60,210 nt of DNA, filler included, from Actinomycetales bacterium (GCA_045807245.1; 3 parts of 3 records of this genome joined end to end with filler, not necessarily neighbours in it); one strand, 5' to 3'; positions 1-9,665 are shown, numbered from the whole stretch's first letter. The notes: generated by a model not told the origin, from the letters alone. Made by a program: numbers and translations.

Positions 1-648
1 CGGCTGGCGGGGGCGGATGATCGCGTCCGCCTCCGACCGGGTCGGCGTCACCAGGACGGCGTTGGCCTCGTCGCTGCCGTTGGTCCGCTCGCCGGCCGCC
101 GCCGCCGTGAGGCCGTAACGCTCGTGCCGCGCCTGCAGCCGGGCCCGTCGTTCCCCGTCCTCGATGTCGAGGTACCAGCACGCATCCAGCTGCAGTCGCA
201 CCAGCCACCACTGCCCCTGGGGCAGGAGCAGGTAGTTCCCCTCGGTGACGACCAGCTCGACGGTGGGTTCGATCGGGACGCTGGCCGCGATGGCGTTCTC
301 CAGGTCGCGGTCGAACCGAGGGGCCCAGATCGTCTCGTCCCCTGGCTCGCGGATCCGGCGCAGGAGCTCGACGTACCCGACGGCGTCGAACGTCTGTGGT
401 GCGCCCTTGACGTCGGCCAGCCCGAGTCTGTCCAGCGCCGCCTGGGCGAGGTGGAACCCGTCCATCGGGACCAGCACCGCCGCGCGCCCAGCGTCGGTCA
501 GGGTGCCGACCAGCCACTCGGCGTACGTCGACTTGCCCGCTCCGGGGGCACCGGTGATGCCGAGCAGCGACCGCCCGGGCGCGTCAGCCATCGCGAGCGC
601 GGCCTTGACCGCCTCGTCCTCTGACAGCAACGGCTGAGTGACCGGCAC
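1..648 (-). CDS. Nucleoside/nucleotide (pantothenate/fructose kinase-like) P-loop kinase; 3' end runs off the window
   Basis: Not in the ORF track. Manual translation from GTG at 648 gives GITGAPGAGKST (Walker A), VPMDGFHL, KGAPQTFD and VVTEGNYLL; no stop before position 1. Confidence 0.85.
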   Translation of the reverse strand, partial: MPVTQPLLSEDEAVKAALAMADAPGRSLLGITGAPGAGKSTYAEWLVGTLTDAGRAAVLVPMDGFHLAQAALDRLGLADVKGAPQTFDAVGYVELLRRIREPGDETIWAPRFDRDLENAIAASVPIEPTVELVVTEGNYLLLPQGQWWLVRLQLDACWYLDIEDGERRARLQARHERYGLTAAAAGERTNGSDEANAVLVTPTRSEADAIIRPRQP

Positions 649-691
649 GGCCCTAGCGAATCTCGGTTGCAGCGCGCGTGTCCAGCCGGTC

Positions 692-3385
692 TCAGCGATT
701 GGCTGTTTCGAGCAGCGCCAGCCGAGCCTGCTCCCGCGGCGACGGTCGGCGGTCGAGGCGCCGGCTCAGCAGTGAGCGGGCCGCCTCGCAGCGTCCGGCC
801 TCGATGTACGCGTAGAGCAGCGTGTCCTCGATGACGTCGCGCTGGGCCGCGCTGCCCCCGACCCGCCAGAGGTTGACCAGGCTCTGCTGCAGCGTGTCCG
901 CGGCGGCCGAGGCCTGGCCGGTGAGCAGCTGCAGCAGGCCGCCGACCACCTGGACGACCACCCCCTGCATGACCGGATCGGGCGAGGCCGCTGAATGCGC
1001 GCGCAGCGCGGTCAAGGCGGCCGCGTCTCGCGACGCGGCGCGTGCGACCGCGACGTGCAGCGTCGCGAACGCCGTGCGCGGCCGGTTGAGCAGGTCGGCG
1101 TCGACGACCTCGAGCACTGCCTGCACGGGTGGGTCCTCGTCGCCCCACGCCCCCGCCAGCCGACCACGCCACAGCAAGGAGGCGGAGTCAACCAGAGCGC
1201 GCATCCCGGACACCGCAGGCGGGGCGAGCTGCGCCGCGTACCGCCGGCGCACCGCCACGTCGTCGCCGACGGCCAGCTCGTGCAACGCGGCGTGCCATGC
1301 GAAGTGGGCGCGATGTGACGCGGCCCGCCCCGACGTGTCGATCCACGGGTCGAGGAAGTCCAGACCGGCGTCGTGCTGCCCGGTCTCGTAGAACACATGG
1401 GTGCGCGCGTGGACGGCATGCCCGGAGGTCGGCACCTCGGCCAGCGCCCGTTCGCTCAGCTCGACTGCTTCGTCCCAGCGCTCCTGCTCCTGCCGGATGA
1501 ACGCGAGCAGCCCGGCGTACCACCAGTCCGAGCCGTACGCCGGGGCCAGGCTCTCGACGAGCGACCAGGCCTCCTGGGGCACCTCGGTCGCGCCGCCGAA
1601 GGCGATGGTCGGTACGGCGATGCTCACCGCCAGCGCGTCCTCCGAGTAGTGGCGGATGTGGGCGAGCAGCTGGGCCGAGGCCTCGGGGCCGGGTCGGAGG
1701 ATGCGCGCCTGGACGGCGGCCACGAAGCTGCGCTCGCGCTCGTCGCCCCGGACGGCCACGGCGTGCACCGCGGCCTCCAGCGACGCCTTCACGTCAACCG
1801 CCGCACCCCACTCGTGGCCGAGCAGCGCGAGCCCGGCGTGCGCGAGGGCGAACCCCGGGTCGACCGTGGCGGCATGCTGCAGCGAGATCTCGGCTCCGGA
1901 CTGCACTCGGAGCAGGGCTTCCAGGGCCGTGCCGTAGGCGATGGCCGCCTCGGGTGAGGCGCTCATCGCCAGGCCGTAGCGGTCCCGCGGCCGGCGTCCG
2001 GACTGCGGCGAGGCGAGCTCGTCCAGCAGCGTGGCGGCCAGGTCACGGGCCTGGGTCCGGATCTCCGGGATCGCCGTCGACTCGTAGAGCTCGCCGCGCC
2101 GGGTCGAGCCCAGCGTCCAGAGGCCGGCCTGGACGGTTCCGTCGGCGCCGACCACCCGGCCGCTGCCGTCAGTGGCCAGTCCCAACCCCAGCGGCCCCGA
2201 GGTGACCCGGTCGTTCGTCGCGAGGTCGAGGAGGAGAGCGCCGCCGCGCCGGGTGAGCCGGTCGCTGGGACCGGTGCAGTTGACGACCGCCCCGACCTGA
2301 AGACATCGCCCGTCGGAGAGCGTGACCTCCAGTCCCTGCTCCGTCTCGAGGACGGTGTTCACGCTGGCCGCCGTGATGGACAGCCGGCCGTCGTGGCGCA
2401 GGCGACCGATCTCGCGAGCGACCGGCGCCGCCATGCGGTGCCGGCGGACCTCCCACGAGCGAGCGGTCCCGGCCACGAACTTGGCCCGGTCCGAATCGGA
2501 AAGGCGTTGCCACAGAACGGGATTGAGGGGACGGAGACTGTCGATGGCGCACCGCCAGTCACCGGTCGCCCTGGTCGTCGAACGTACGTGCTCCCGGACC
2601 AGCCCGACCAGCGCGTCGAGCGACAGGTCGCCGTCGGGGATCGCCGGAGGTGCCACGGGCTGGACCAGAGCATCCAGATGGGCACCCGGCAGCAGCCCAT
2701 GGCGCGAGACCGCGTGGATCGTGCGCGCCGGCCCGGCCAGCGAGACCGCGACGTCGACCATCGTGAGACCGGTCCCCACGAGCAGCACGTCGCCCGACCC
2801 CGCCTGGAGGGCAGCCAGCGCGCCCGGCGCCCAGGGGTCGCCGACGAAGCGCGACGAGTGGGCGAGCGCGGCCGGGGCCCAGCTGTCGTCGGCCGGCCCG
2901 CTGCCGATCGCGAGGACGGCTGCGTCGACGTACCGGGTCGAGTCCGCACCGATCCGGACCCGCCACCGCCGTCCCAAAGGGACCAGCCCGGTGACTCGGT
3001 CCTGCACCCGCTCGAGGGTCACCAGACCGTCGGCGGCGGCCAGCGCCTGGTCCAGCCCGTCGCGCAGGTATGCGCCGAAGAGCGCGCGCGGGGCGAAGGT
3101 CGCAGGTTCCTCGTACTCCGGAGCGTGCTGCGCCAGCCAGGCCACGAAGTCGTCCGGGCGGTCCGGCCACGCGCTGATCCGGCCCGCGGAGACGTTGAGC
3201 CGGTGGCGATGGTCCTGCGTCGAGTACGCGACGCCCCGGCCCGTGTCCGGGCGCGGGTCGACCAGGACCAGCTCGAGCGGACGGCCGGCAGCCACCGCCT
3301 GGCGGGCCAGCTGGGCAGCGGTCAGGGTGCCGGCAGCTCCAGCTCCTACGACCGCGACGCTGCTACAGCCCGAGGGCTTGCCCAT
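692..3385 (-). CDS. FAD/NAD(P)-binding oxidoreductase domain fused to a C-terminal TTC38-like TPR domain
   Basis: N-terminal VVGAGAAG, GRGVAY, RLNV, GTGLTMVD and ESTAIPEIR. C-terminal HAVHARTHV, HFAWH and GGSAAQRD. ATG 3385 follows GGGAAGGG. Confidence 0.8.
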   Translation of the reverse strand: MGKPSGCSSVAVVGAGAAGTLTAAQLARQAVAAGRPLELVLVDPRPDTGRGVAYSTQDHRHRLNVSAGRISAWPDRPDDFVAWLAQHAPEYEEPATFAPRALFGAYLRDGLDQALAAADGLVTLERVQDRVTGLVPLGRRWRVRIGADSTRYVDAAVLAIGSGPADDSWAPAALAHSSRFVGDPWAPGALAALQAGSGDVLLVGTGLTMVDVAVSLAGPARTIHAVSRHGLLPGAHLDALVQPVAPPAIPDGDLSLDALVGLVREHVRSTTRATGDWRCAIDSLRPLNPVLWQRLSDSDRAKFVAGTARSWEVRRHRMAAPVAREIGRLRHDGRLSITAASVNTVLETEQGLEVTLSDGRCLQVGAVVNCTGPSDRLTRRGGALLLDLATNDRVTSGPLGLGLATDGSGRVVGADGTVQAGLWTLGSTRRGELYESTAIPEIRTQARDLAATLLDELASPQSGRRPRDRYGLAMSASPEAAIAYGTALEALLRVQSGAEISLQHAATVDPGFALAHAGLALLGHEWGAAVDVKASLEAAVHAVAVRGDERERSFVAAVQARILRPGPEASAQLLAHIRHYSEDALAVSIAVPTIAFGGATEVPQEAWSLVESLAPAYGSDWWYAGLLAFIRQEQERWDEAVELSERALAEVPTSGHAVHARTHVFYETGQHDAGLDFLDPWIDTSGRAASHRAHFAWHAALHELAVGDDVAVRRRYAAQLAPPAVSGMRALVDSASLLWRGRLAGAWGDEDPPVQAVLEVVDADLLNRPRTAFATLHVAVARAASRDAAALTALRAHSAASPDPVMQGVVVQVVGGLLQLLTGQASAAADTLQQSLVNLWRVGGSAAQRDVIEDTLLYAYIEAGRCEAARSLLSRRLDRRPSPREQARLALLETANR

Positions 3386-3491
3386 CGGTCCCTTCCCGCG
3401 TGATCCCAGGGCGGGACCCCATGCGGGATCCCGGGTGTGGTCCACCAGGGTAGAGGCAGGACCGCCGTCGACTCAGGCAAATACCGGCGCG

Positions 3492-5804
3492 TCACGCGCC
3501 CGGCGCGACGCTCACGCCGACGGCCCCGACGGTGCCGCGGGCCGCCATGGCCACCGCGTCGGCCAGGCCCAGCGGGCGGGACAGGCTGAACCCCTGCCCG
3601 ACCCGGCAGCCGAGGTCGCGCATCATGTCGGCGCTGTCCGCCGTCTCGATGCCCTCGGCGACCACGGTAAGGCCCATCGCGTGGCACATGGCCACGACGC
3701 CCTGGACCAGCTTGCGGGTGCGCGGGTCCTCGACCGTCTGCACGTAGGACTTGTCGATCTTGACCAGGCGGACCGGGAAGCGCTGCAGGTACCCGATGGA
3801 GGAGTAGCCGACGCCGAAGTCGTCCACTGCCAGCCGGGCGCCCGTCTGGGCCACCGCCTCGAGCGCGGAGGATGTCGCGATGTCGTCGCCGAGCAGGACC
3901 GACTCGGTCAGCTCGACGACCAGGTCGAGGTTCGGGAAGTCGTGGCAGAACCGCCGTACCTGCGTGAGCAGCCGCGGCTCGCAGACCTCGAGGGGCGAGA
4001 CGTTCACCGACAAGGACAGGGAGCTCTCGCTGGCCGCTTGGAGGTCGGTGGCGGCGTCGTGCAGCAGCTCCATCACCTGGCTCCCGAGCTGCGACATCAG
4101 GCCGGTCTGCTCGGCCAGGGGCACGAAGACCGCCGGCGAGACCTGGCCGAGGGTCTCGTGCTCCCAGCGGGCGAGCGCCTCGAACCCGAGGACCTTGCCG
4201 GACACCAGGTCGACGAGCGGCTGGAAGGCGAGCTGGATCTGGTTCGACCCCAGCGCGTGCCGGAGCTCGTCCTCCATCTCCAGTCGGTAGATCGTCTCGG
4301 ACCGCAAGGACGGCTCGAACACGACGATCCGGTTCTTGCCCATCCCCTTCGCGCGGTACATGGCCATGTCGGCCTCGCGCATGAGGTCGCTCGCGGTCCG
4401 GTTGTCGCCGCTGTGCGCGATCCCGATGCTGGCCTGGATCCGGGTCACGTTGCCGGAGACGAGGAACGGCGTCTGGAGCGACTCGAGGAGGCGGCCGGCG
4501 ATGTCCTCGGCCTGGGTCACGTTGTTGTGGACGACGACCACGGCGAACTCGTCGCCCCCCAGCCGGGCCAGGAGGTCGCGCGAGCGCAGGCTCTGGCGCA
4601 GGCGGTCCGCAACCGCGACCAGGAGCTCGTCGCCGACGTCGTGGCCGAACCGGTCGTTGACGGCCTTGAAGCCGTCGAGGTCGCAGTAGAGCACCGACGT
4701 CTGGCCGCCGGTGGCCAGGGAGGTCTCGAGCCGGCGACCGAGCAACGTGCGGTTGGGCAGGCCGGTCAGCATGTCGTGCTGAGCCTGGTAGGCCATCTCG
4801 TCGGTCAGCTGGCGCCGGCTCAGGTTCGCGGTCGCCAGGGCGACGAGGGCGGCGAGCGCGTCGCTGTCCATGACGGTGGTCTCGTACGACGTGGTGGCCG
4901 CTCTCGCTACGAGCCACCGGACCCGCTGGCCCGGGACCTCGAGCGGATGACCGATCTCGCCGCGGCCCGGCGGCTCGTCGCGCAGCTCCGCCACGCAGTG
5001 GCGCAGCACGCGCTCGGTCTGCTCGATCATGGCCCGCTCGATCGAGCCCGGGTCGGCCCAGTCCGGTGCCTTGGTGGCGGCGTCGAGCAGGCCACCGAGG
5101 CGCATCTGGTTGAGCCGCGAGTCACTGACCGACCGGATGGCGACCAGGATCGTGGCGACCGGCACGAGCAGCAGGGCGAGCGTCCAGCGCGGGGCCGCGC
5201 CGAGCAGCAGCGCAGCCAGGAAGCCGACGGTCGACGTGGCCACGAAGACGAGCAGGGGCAGCAGCGCCGAGCTCCACTTCACATCGAGCGACTTGTGGGA
5301 CTCGAGAGCCAGCGAGGCGGCAGTCACGACCAGGTCCATGACGAAGTACGCCGCGCAGGCCACACTGACCAGCGCGAGGGCGGCGCCGTGGGTCGCCTTG
5401 GCCATTCCACCGACGTTGACGATGCCGACGAAGAGCGCACCTCCGGTCGCCGTGACCCCGACGTTGAACAGACGGTTGCGCATCGAGCGCCGGCCGAAGC
5501 TCTGGCTGATGACCTGCGAGGCGCACCAGACGACCAGGGCTTCCCATGGAGTGCGGGTCAGGGTGAGGAACACGAGGGCGCTGATCTCGAACCCGATGAC
5601 TGCATCGCCACCGCGCTGAGGGAGTACGACGGGGTACCGCGCCATCACGACGATCAGCGCCACGCCGGCCAGGTCGATGACGTCGACCGGGTGCCCACCG
5701 GAGAGCCAGCGGGCGACGGAGAACAGGAACGTTGCCACACCAGCCAGGAAGATCGTCGCGTCGAGTGCTACGTCCAGACCGCGCGGGTACTTCCGGGGTG
5801 CCAC
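3492..5804 (-). CDS. Membrane-bound diguanylate cyclase/phosphodiesterase (multi-TM + GGDEF + EAL)
   Basis: HDMLTGLPNR, DLDGFK, RLGGDEF, FEALARW, ELTES, DDFGVGYSS, KIDKS and AEGIE; several hydrophobic N-terminal helices. GTG 5804 follows CAGGAGG. Confidence 0.92.
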   Translation of the reverse strand: MAPRKYPRGLDVALDATIFLAGVATFLFSVARWLSGGHPVDVIDLAGVALIVVMARYPVVLPQRGGDAVIGFEISALVFLTLTRTPWEALVVWCASQVISQSFGRRSMRNRLFNVGVTATGGALFVGIVNVGGMAKATHGAALALVSVACAAYFVMDLVVTAASLALESHKSLDVKWSSALLPLLVFVATSTVGFLAALLLGAAPRWTLALLLVPVATILVAIRSVSDSRLNQMRLGGLLDAATKAPDWADPGSIERAMIEQTERVLRHCVAELRDEPPGRGEIGHPLEVPGQRVRWLVARAATTSYETTVMDSDALAALVALATANLSRRQLTDEMAYQAQHDMLTGLPNRTLLGRRLETSLATGGQTSVLYCDLDGFKAVNDRFGHDVGDELLVAVADRLRQSLRSRDLLARLGGDEFAVVVVHNNVTQAEDIAGRLLESLQTPFLVSGNVTRIQASIGIAHSGDNRTASDLMREADMAMYRAKGMGKNRIVVFEPSLRSETIYRLEMEDELRHALGSNQIQLAFQPLVDLVSGKVLGFEALARWEHETLGQVSPAVFVPLAEQTGLMSQLGSQVMELLHDAATDLQAASESSLSLSVNVSPLEVCEPRLLTQVRRFCHDFPNLDLVVELTESVLLGDDIATSSALEAVAQTGARLAVDDFGVGYSSIGYLQRFPVRLVKIDKSYVQTVEDPRTRKLVQGVVAMCHAMGLTVVAEGIETADSADMMRDLGCRVGQGFSLSRPLGLADAVAMAARGTVGAVGVSVAPGA

Positions 5805-5866
5805 TGTGTCTGCCTCCTGTCGCAGGTGCGGCCGGGCTGGGATCGCCGATCCGGTCCGCTCGTCCC

Positions 5867-5895
5867 TTATCGGCACGCACGCGCCAGGTCTCAAG
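5867..5895 (-). promoter_or_regulatory. Candidate sigma28 (FliA/WhiG)-type promoter of the GGDEF-EAL gene
   Basis: Minus strand reads CTTGA-N16-GCCGATAA. The -10 matches the consensus perfectly; the -35 is imperfect. Confidence 0.5.
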
Positions 5896-6005
5896 CCTCG
5901 GTCCGATGCGGTCCGCAAGACAGCAGCCGCGGGCAGGTCACGTCCGCCGGCCGGCTCAGCGGACCCGGGCGGTTCGCCCGAAATCAACCGGGTTCGAGCG
6001 CGGCC

Positions 6006-6635
6006 TCAGTAGGTGTACGGCCGGGGCGGAGCGTTCACCGTCGCGCGCGGGCACTGGGCCAGGGTCAGCCCGCCGAAGCTCAGGGCCTCGTCGGTCAGCG
6101 AGGCCACGGTCCAGCCGCCGTCGACCCCGGCCGCGGTCACCGTCACGCGATACAGCGTGATCTCGTACTTGGTGGGCGTTCCGTACGTCACGTGGATCGT
6201 GCCCATCAGCTCCGGAGACCGCGTCCCGTCCTCATCCATCGGCCCGTCGTACCGGCTCCACAGCTGCGGCTCGGACTGCCACTCCCCGCCGTTGGACAGG
6301 TCCCGGCGGGCCAGCTCGACCAGCACCTCGCGGGCAGCCTCCTCAGGCACGATCGCGGCCGGCCGGATGACCTCCCAGAGGCCCTCGGTGGCCGGCGCCA
6401 CCTGCTGCGCCGGCTCGGGGCGGGCCGCCGTCTTCGGGCTGGGCTCACCCCCCACGACCACGCCGTCGCTGCCCACCCACCTCAGCGAGCCGTCCGGTGC
6501 CACGACCCCTGCGTCGTCCTCAGCCGGGGCGGTCCCGGTGGCCTCGTTCGACGCGCCGCGGACCGCGTCAGTCGCGCCCGTACCGGGGGCACCGTTCTCG
6601 CGACGGCGCCGGCGCGACCCGAACAGGCTCGGCAT
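6006..6635 (-). CDS. Hypothetical protein (low-complexity N-terminus, about 120 aa globular C-terminal domain)
   Basis: ATG preceded by CAGGAG; coding-like GC3 bias. Confidence 0.7.
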   Translation of the reverse strand: MPSLFGSRRRRRENGAPGTGATDAVRGASNEATGTAPAEDDAGVVAPDGSLRWVGSDGVVVGGEPSPKTAARPEPAQQVAPATEGLWEVIRPAAIVPEEAAREVLVELARRDLSNGGEWQSEPQLWSRYDGPMDEDGTRSPELMGTIHVTYGTPTKYEITLYRVTVTAAGVDGGWTVASLTDEALSFGGLTLAQCPRATVNAPPRPYTY

Positions 6636-6768
6636 GGCGTCTCCTGCTGGTACTGGTGTGACTTATGAGGCACACTGTGTCACGGGCGCAGGTGCGCCAT
6701 GGTACGCCGGGCCGGACATGCCGGAGAGGTCGTCGGGGAAGACGTCCCTCATCCAGCAGGAGGTCCAG

Positions 6769-7272
6769 ATGTCCGGTACGACGACGCGCGGTGTGCTCTT
6801 CGTGCACTCCACGCCCGCTGCGCTGTGCCCACATGTCGAATGGGCGGCCGGCTCGGTGCTCGAAACCCGCAGCCCCCTGCAGTGGACGCCGCAGCCGGCC
6901 GAGGCCGGCGCCGTCCGGGCCGAGCTGTCGTGGCAGGCACCCCAGGGCACCGGCGCCAAGCTCGCCTCCACGCTCCGGGGCTGGTCCCACCTGCGGTACG
7001 AGGTGACCGAGGAGCCGAGCCCGGGAGCGGACGGCTCGCGCTGGAGCCACACGCCGTCGCTGGGCATCCATCACACGCCGATCGGCGTCCATGGTGACGC
7101 GCTGATCGGCGAGGACCGGCTGCGGTCGGCGGTCGCCGCCTCCGGTGGCGACCCCAGGCTGCTGCTGCAGGAGATCGACCGGTTGCTGGGCAAGGCCTGG
7201 GACGAGGAGCTCGAGCCCTTCCGGTACGCCGGTGCCGGGGCTCCCGTGCGCTGGCTGCACCGCGTGGGCTGA
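6769..7272 (+). CDS. DUF3145 family protein
   Basis: RGVLFVHSTPAALCPHVEWA...LRYEVTEE...WDEELEPFR; RBS AGGAGG; usual neighbour of the actinobacterial fab cluster. Confidence 0.9.
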   Translation: MSGTTTRGVLFVHSTPAALCPHVEWAAGSVLETRSPLQWTPQPAEAGAVRAELSWQAPQGTGAKLASTLRGWSHLRYEVTEEPSPGADGSRWSHTPSLGIHHTPIGVHGDALIGEDRLRSAVAASGGDPRLLLQEIDRLLGKAWDEELEPFRYAGAGAPVRWLHRVG

Positions 7273-7278
7273 GAGCCA

Positions 7279-7320
7279 ACGACGAAGGGCCGGACTCTGG
7301 CGGAGTCCGGCCCTCGTCGT
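7279..7320. terminator. Bidirectional stem-loop between convergent genes
   Basis: ACGACGA(A)GGGCCGGACTC-tggcg-GAGTCCGGCCCTCGTCGT inverted repeat. Confidence 0.75.
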
Positions 7321-7351
7321 ACTGGGTAGAGAGCGGTAGAGCTGGCGCTGC

Positions 7352-8914
7352 TCAGGCCAGGACGGCCACCGTCTCCTCGCTGTTGTCGTCCGTCGCCAGC
7401 TCCTCGTGCTTGATGGTCAGGCCGACGAACGTGATCGCCGCTGCGGCCAGGATCATGACCGCGGCCACGGCGAACGCGATGGTGAACCCGTGGGTGAGGG
7501 CCACCAGCGAGGTGTGCGGGTTGGTGGCCGTGCCCCGACCGGTGGCCACGAGGTCGTGGAACCTGGTCCGGAACACGCCGAACGCCACCGTGCTCAGCGT
7601 CGCCAGCCCGATCGCGCCACCCACCTGCTGGGCGGTGTTCAGCACCGCCGACGCGATACCCGCCTCGTCCTTGCTGACGCCGTGGGTGGCCGTCAGCGTG
7701 AACGGGATGAACACCAGGCCCATGCCGACGCTCATCAACAGGATGCCGGGCAGCAACCCGCTCCAGTAGCCCGAGTCGACCGTCAGCCGGGTGAAGGTGA
7801 GCATGCCCGTGCCGGCGAACAGCGCACCGACACCGGCCACCCAGCGCGGGTCGACCTTGCCGACCAGCTGGGACGCCACCTGGGCGGCGACGCCGATGCC
7901 CAGGGTGAACGGCAGGAACGCGACCCCGGCCCGGATCGAGCTGTAGCCGAGCACCTGCTGCACGAACAGGCTGATGAAGAAGAACATCGCGAACATCGCC
8001 GCGCCGACGAGCAGCATGACGAGGTAGCTCACGCCGCGGTTGCGGTGGCTGATGATGCGCAGCGGCATCAGCGGCTGGCGGCTGCGGCCCTCGATCACGA
8101 GGAAGCCGAGCACGAGCACGGCGCCCAGTACGATCCAGAACCAGGTGCTGAACTTGCCCCAGTTGCTGCCGCTGATGTCACCGGCGGCATGCGTCAGGCC
8201 GTAGACCAGCGCCGCCAGACCCGCGGTCGCCGCGAGGGCGCCCTTGAGGTCGAGGGCGATATCGCGCTGGGGCTTGGACTCGCCGAGCACCCGTGGCGCC
8301 AGGAACGCCACGAACAGGCCGATCGGCACGTTGATGAGCAGGGTGAGGCGCCAGCCCCAGTAGTTGTCGCCCGAGTGGATCTGGGTGAGGGCACCACCGA
8401 GGATCAGGCCGATCGCCGCACCGGCGCCGGACATCGCGCCGTACACCGCCACGGCCCGGTTCCGGGACGGGCCCGGCGGGAAGGTCGTGGTGATCAGCGA
8501 CAGGGCCGTGGGCGAGGCGATCGCGGCCCCGACGCCCTGGATCAGGCGAGCGCCGATGAGCCAGGTCTCGTTCTGCGCCAGGCCACCCAGGCCCGAGGCG
8601 AAGGCGAAGAGCAGGACGCCGACGATGAACATCCGGCGGCGGCCGAGCAGGTCACCGGAGCGGCCGCCCAGCAGCAGCAGGCCACCGAAGGCCAGCGTGT
8701 AGCCGGTCACGACCCACTGCAGGTTCTGCTGGCTGAAGCCGAGCGCCGTCTGGATGTGTGGCAGCGCGATGTTCACGACGGTCGCATCGAGCACGACCAT
8801 CAGCTGTGCAGCGGTGATGAGGACGAGGGCAAGACCGAGGTGGCTGTGGCCGTGGTCGTCGTACTCCTCGCCGGATGGGACCGCCGGGTCGGCGGTCGCG
8901 AGGTGGTCTGTCAT
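7352..8914 (-). CDS. MFS transporter, DHA2 (14-TMS drug efflux) family
   Basis: LDATVVNIALP, WVVTGYTLAFGG, GRSGDLLGRRR and GWRLTLLINVPIG. Confidence 0.92.
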   Translation of the reverse strand: MTDHLATADPAVPSGEEYDDHGHSHLGLALVLITAAQLMVVLDATVVNIALPHIQTALGFSQQNLQWVVTGYTLAFGGLLLLGGRSGDLLGRRRMFIVGVLLFAFASGLGGLAQNETWLIGARLIQGVGAAIASPTALSLITTTFPPGPSRNRAVAVYGAMSGAGAAIGLILGGALTQIHSGDNYWGWRLTLLINVPIGLFVAFLAPRVLGESKPQRDIALDLKGALAATAGLAALVYGLTHAAGDISGSNWGKFSTWFWIVLGAVLVLGFLVIEGRSRQPLMPLRIISHRNRGVSYLVMLLVGAAMFAMFFFISLFVQQVLGYSSIRAGVAFLPFTLGIGVAAQVASQLVGKVDPRWVAGVGALFAGTGMLTFTRLTVDSGYWSGLLPGILLMSVGMGLVFIPFTLTATHGVSKDEAGIASAVLNTAQQVGGAIGLATLSTVAFGVFRTRFHDLVATGRGTATNPHTSLVALTHGFTIAFAVAAVMILAAAAITFVGLTIKHEELATDDNSEETVAVLA

Positions 8915-9017
8915 CAGAGAGCTTCCTTCTTCGTTGGTGAGGCGGGGTCGGTTCTCTTGTGGAGGGTTCGTGGTCGAGTCTTATGACGAGGTGTGACAGC
9001 CGGATGTCTGGCGGATG

Positions 9018-9644
9018 TCATCTGCGCCGACGTACAGCGGACTCGGAGGGTTGGTTGCGACAGGCCGGTACGACCACCTGGTCGATGACCTGGGCGACGA
9101 AGTCGGGGCGGACGGCGGCGTTGCGGGTGAGCGCCCGGTGGATCGTGATCGCCGGCAGCACGCTGGCCAGCAGACCGAGGTCGGCGCCGGGCCCGATCTC
9201 GCCGCGTTCGCGCGCCCGCTCGAAGATCAGCCGGCCGCGCTGCTCCAAGGGGGCGAGGAAGCGTTCCTGGAACGCCTTCGCGAGCGCAGCGTCCCGCTGC
9301 ATCGCCGTGATCAACGCGCCGAACACCGCCAATGGCATCTCGTCGGTCAGACCGCCGGGGTTGCAGGCCATCGAGAGCAGGTCGCCCCGCAGGCTCCCCG
9401 TGTCCGGCGGGTCGGCCGGCATGCAGGTCTTGAGCCAGACGAGCGCGTCGACGACGAGGTCGGCCTTGGTCTGCCAGCGGCGGTAGAGGGTCGCCTTGGA
9501 GGCGTGGGCGTCGGCCGCGACGGCGTCCATGGTGAGCCGGTCGTAGCCGGTGGTCGCGAGCATCCGCATGGTCGCCTCGAAGATGGCGACCTCGCGCTCA
9601 CCCTCGATGCGTGGCCGCGTGGCGGTGCGGACGGCCTCGTTCAC
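9018..9644 (-). CDS. TetR/AcrR family transcriptional regulator
   Basis: GYDRLTMDAVAADAHASKATLYRRW HTH and PDTGSLRGDL. Confidence 0.92.
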   Translation of the reverse strand: MNEAVRTATRPRIEGEREVAIFEATMRMLATTGYDRLTMDAVAADAHASKATLYRRWQTKADLVVDALVWLKTCMPADPPDTGSLRGDLLSMACNPGGLTDEMPLAVFGALITAMQRDAALAKAFQERFLAPLEQRGRLIFERARERGEIGPGADLGLLASVLPAITIHRALTRNAAVRPDFVAQVIDQVVVPACRNQPSESAVRRRR

Positions 9645-9665
9645 GACAGCTCCCGGCTATGCTCT

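Noticed and set aside
2322..6668. 1448-aa plus-strand ORF
   Set aside because: Antisense shadow of three real minus-strand genes; stops are scarce at high GC and it has no recognisable motifs.
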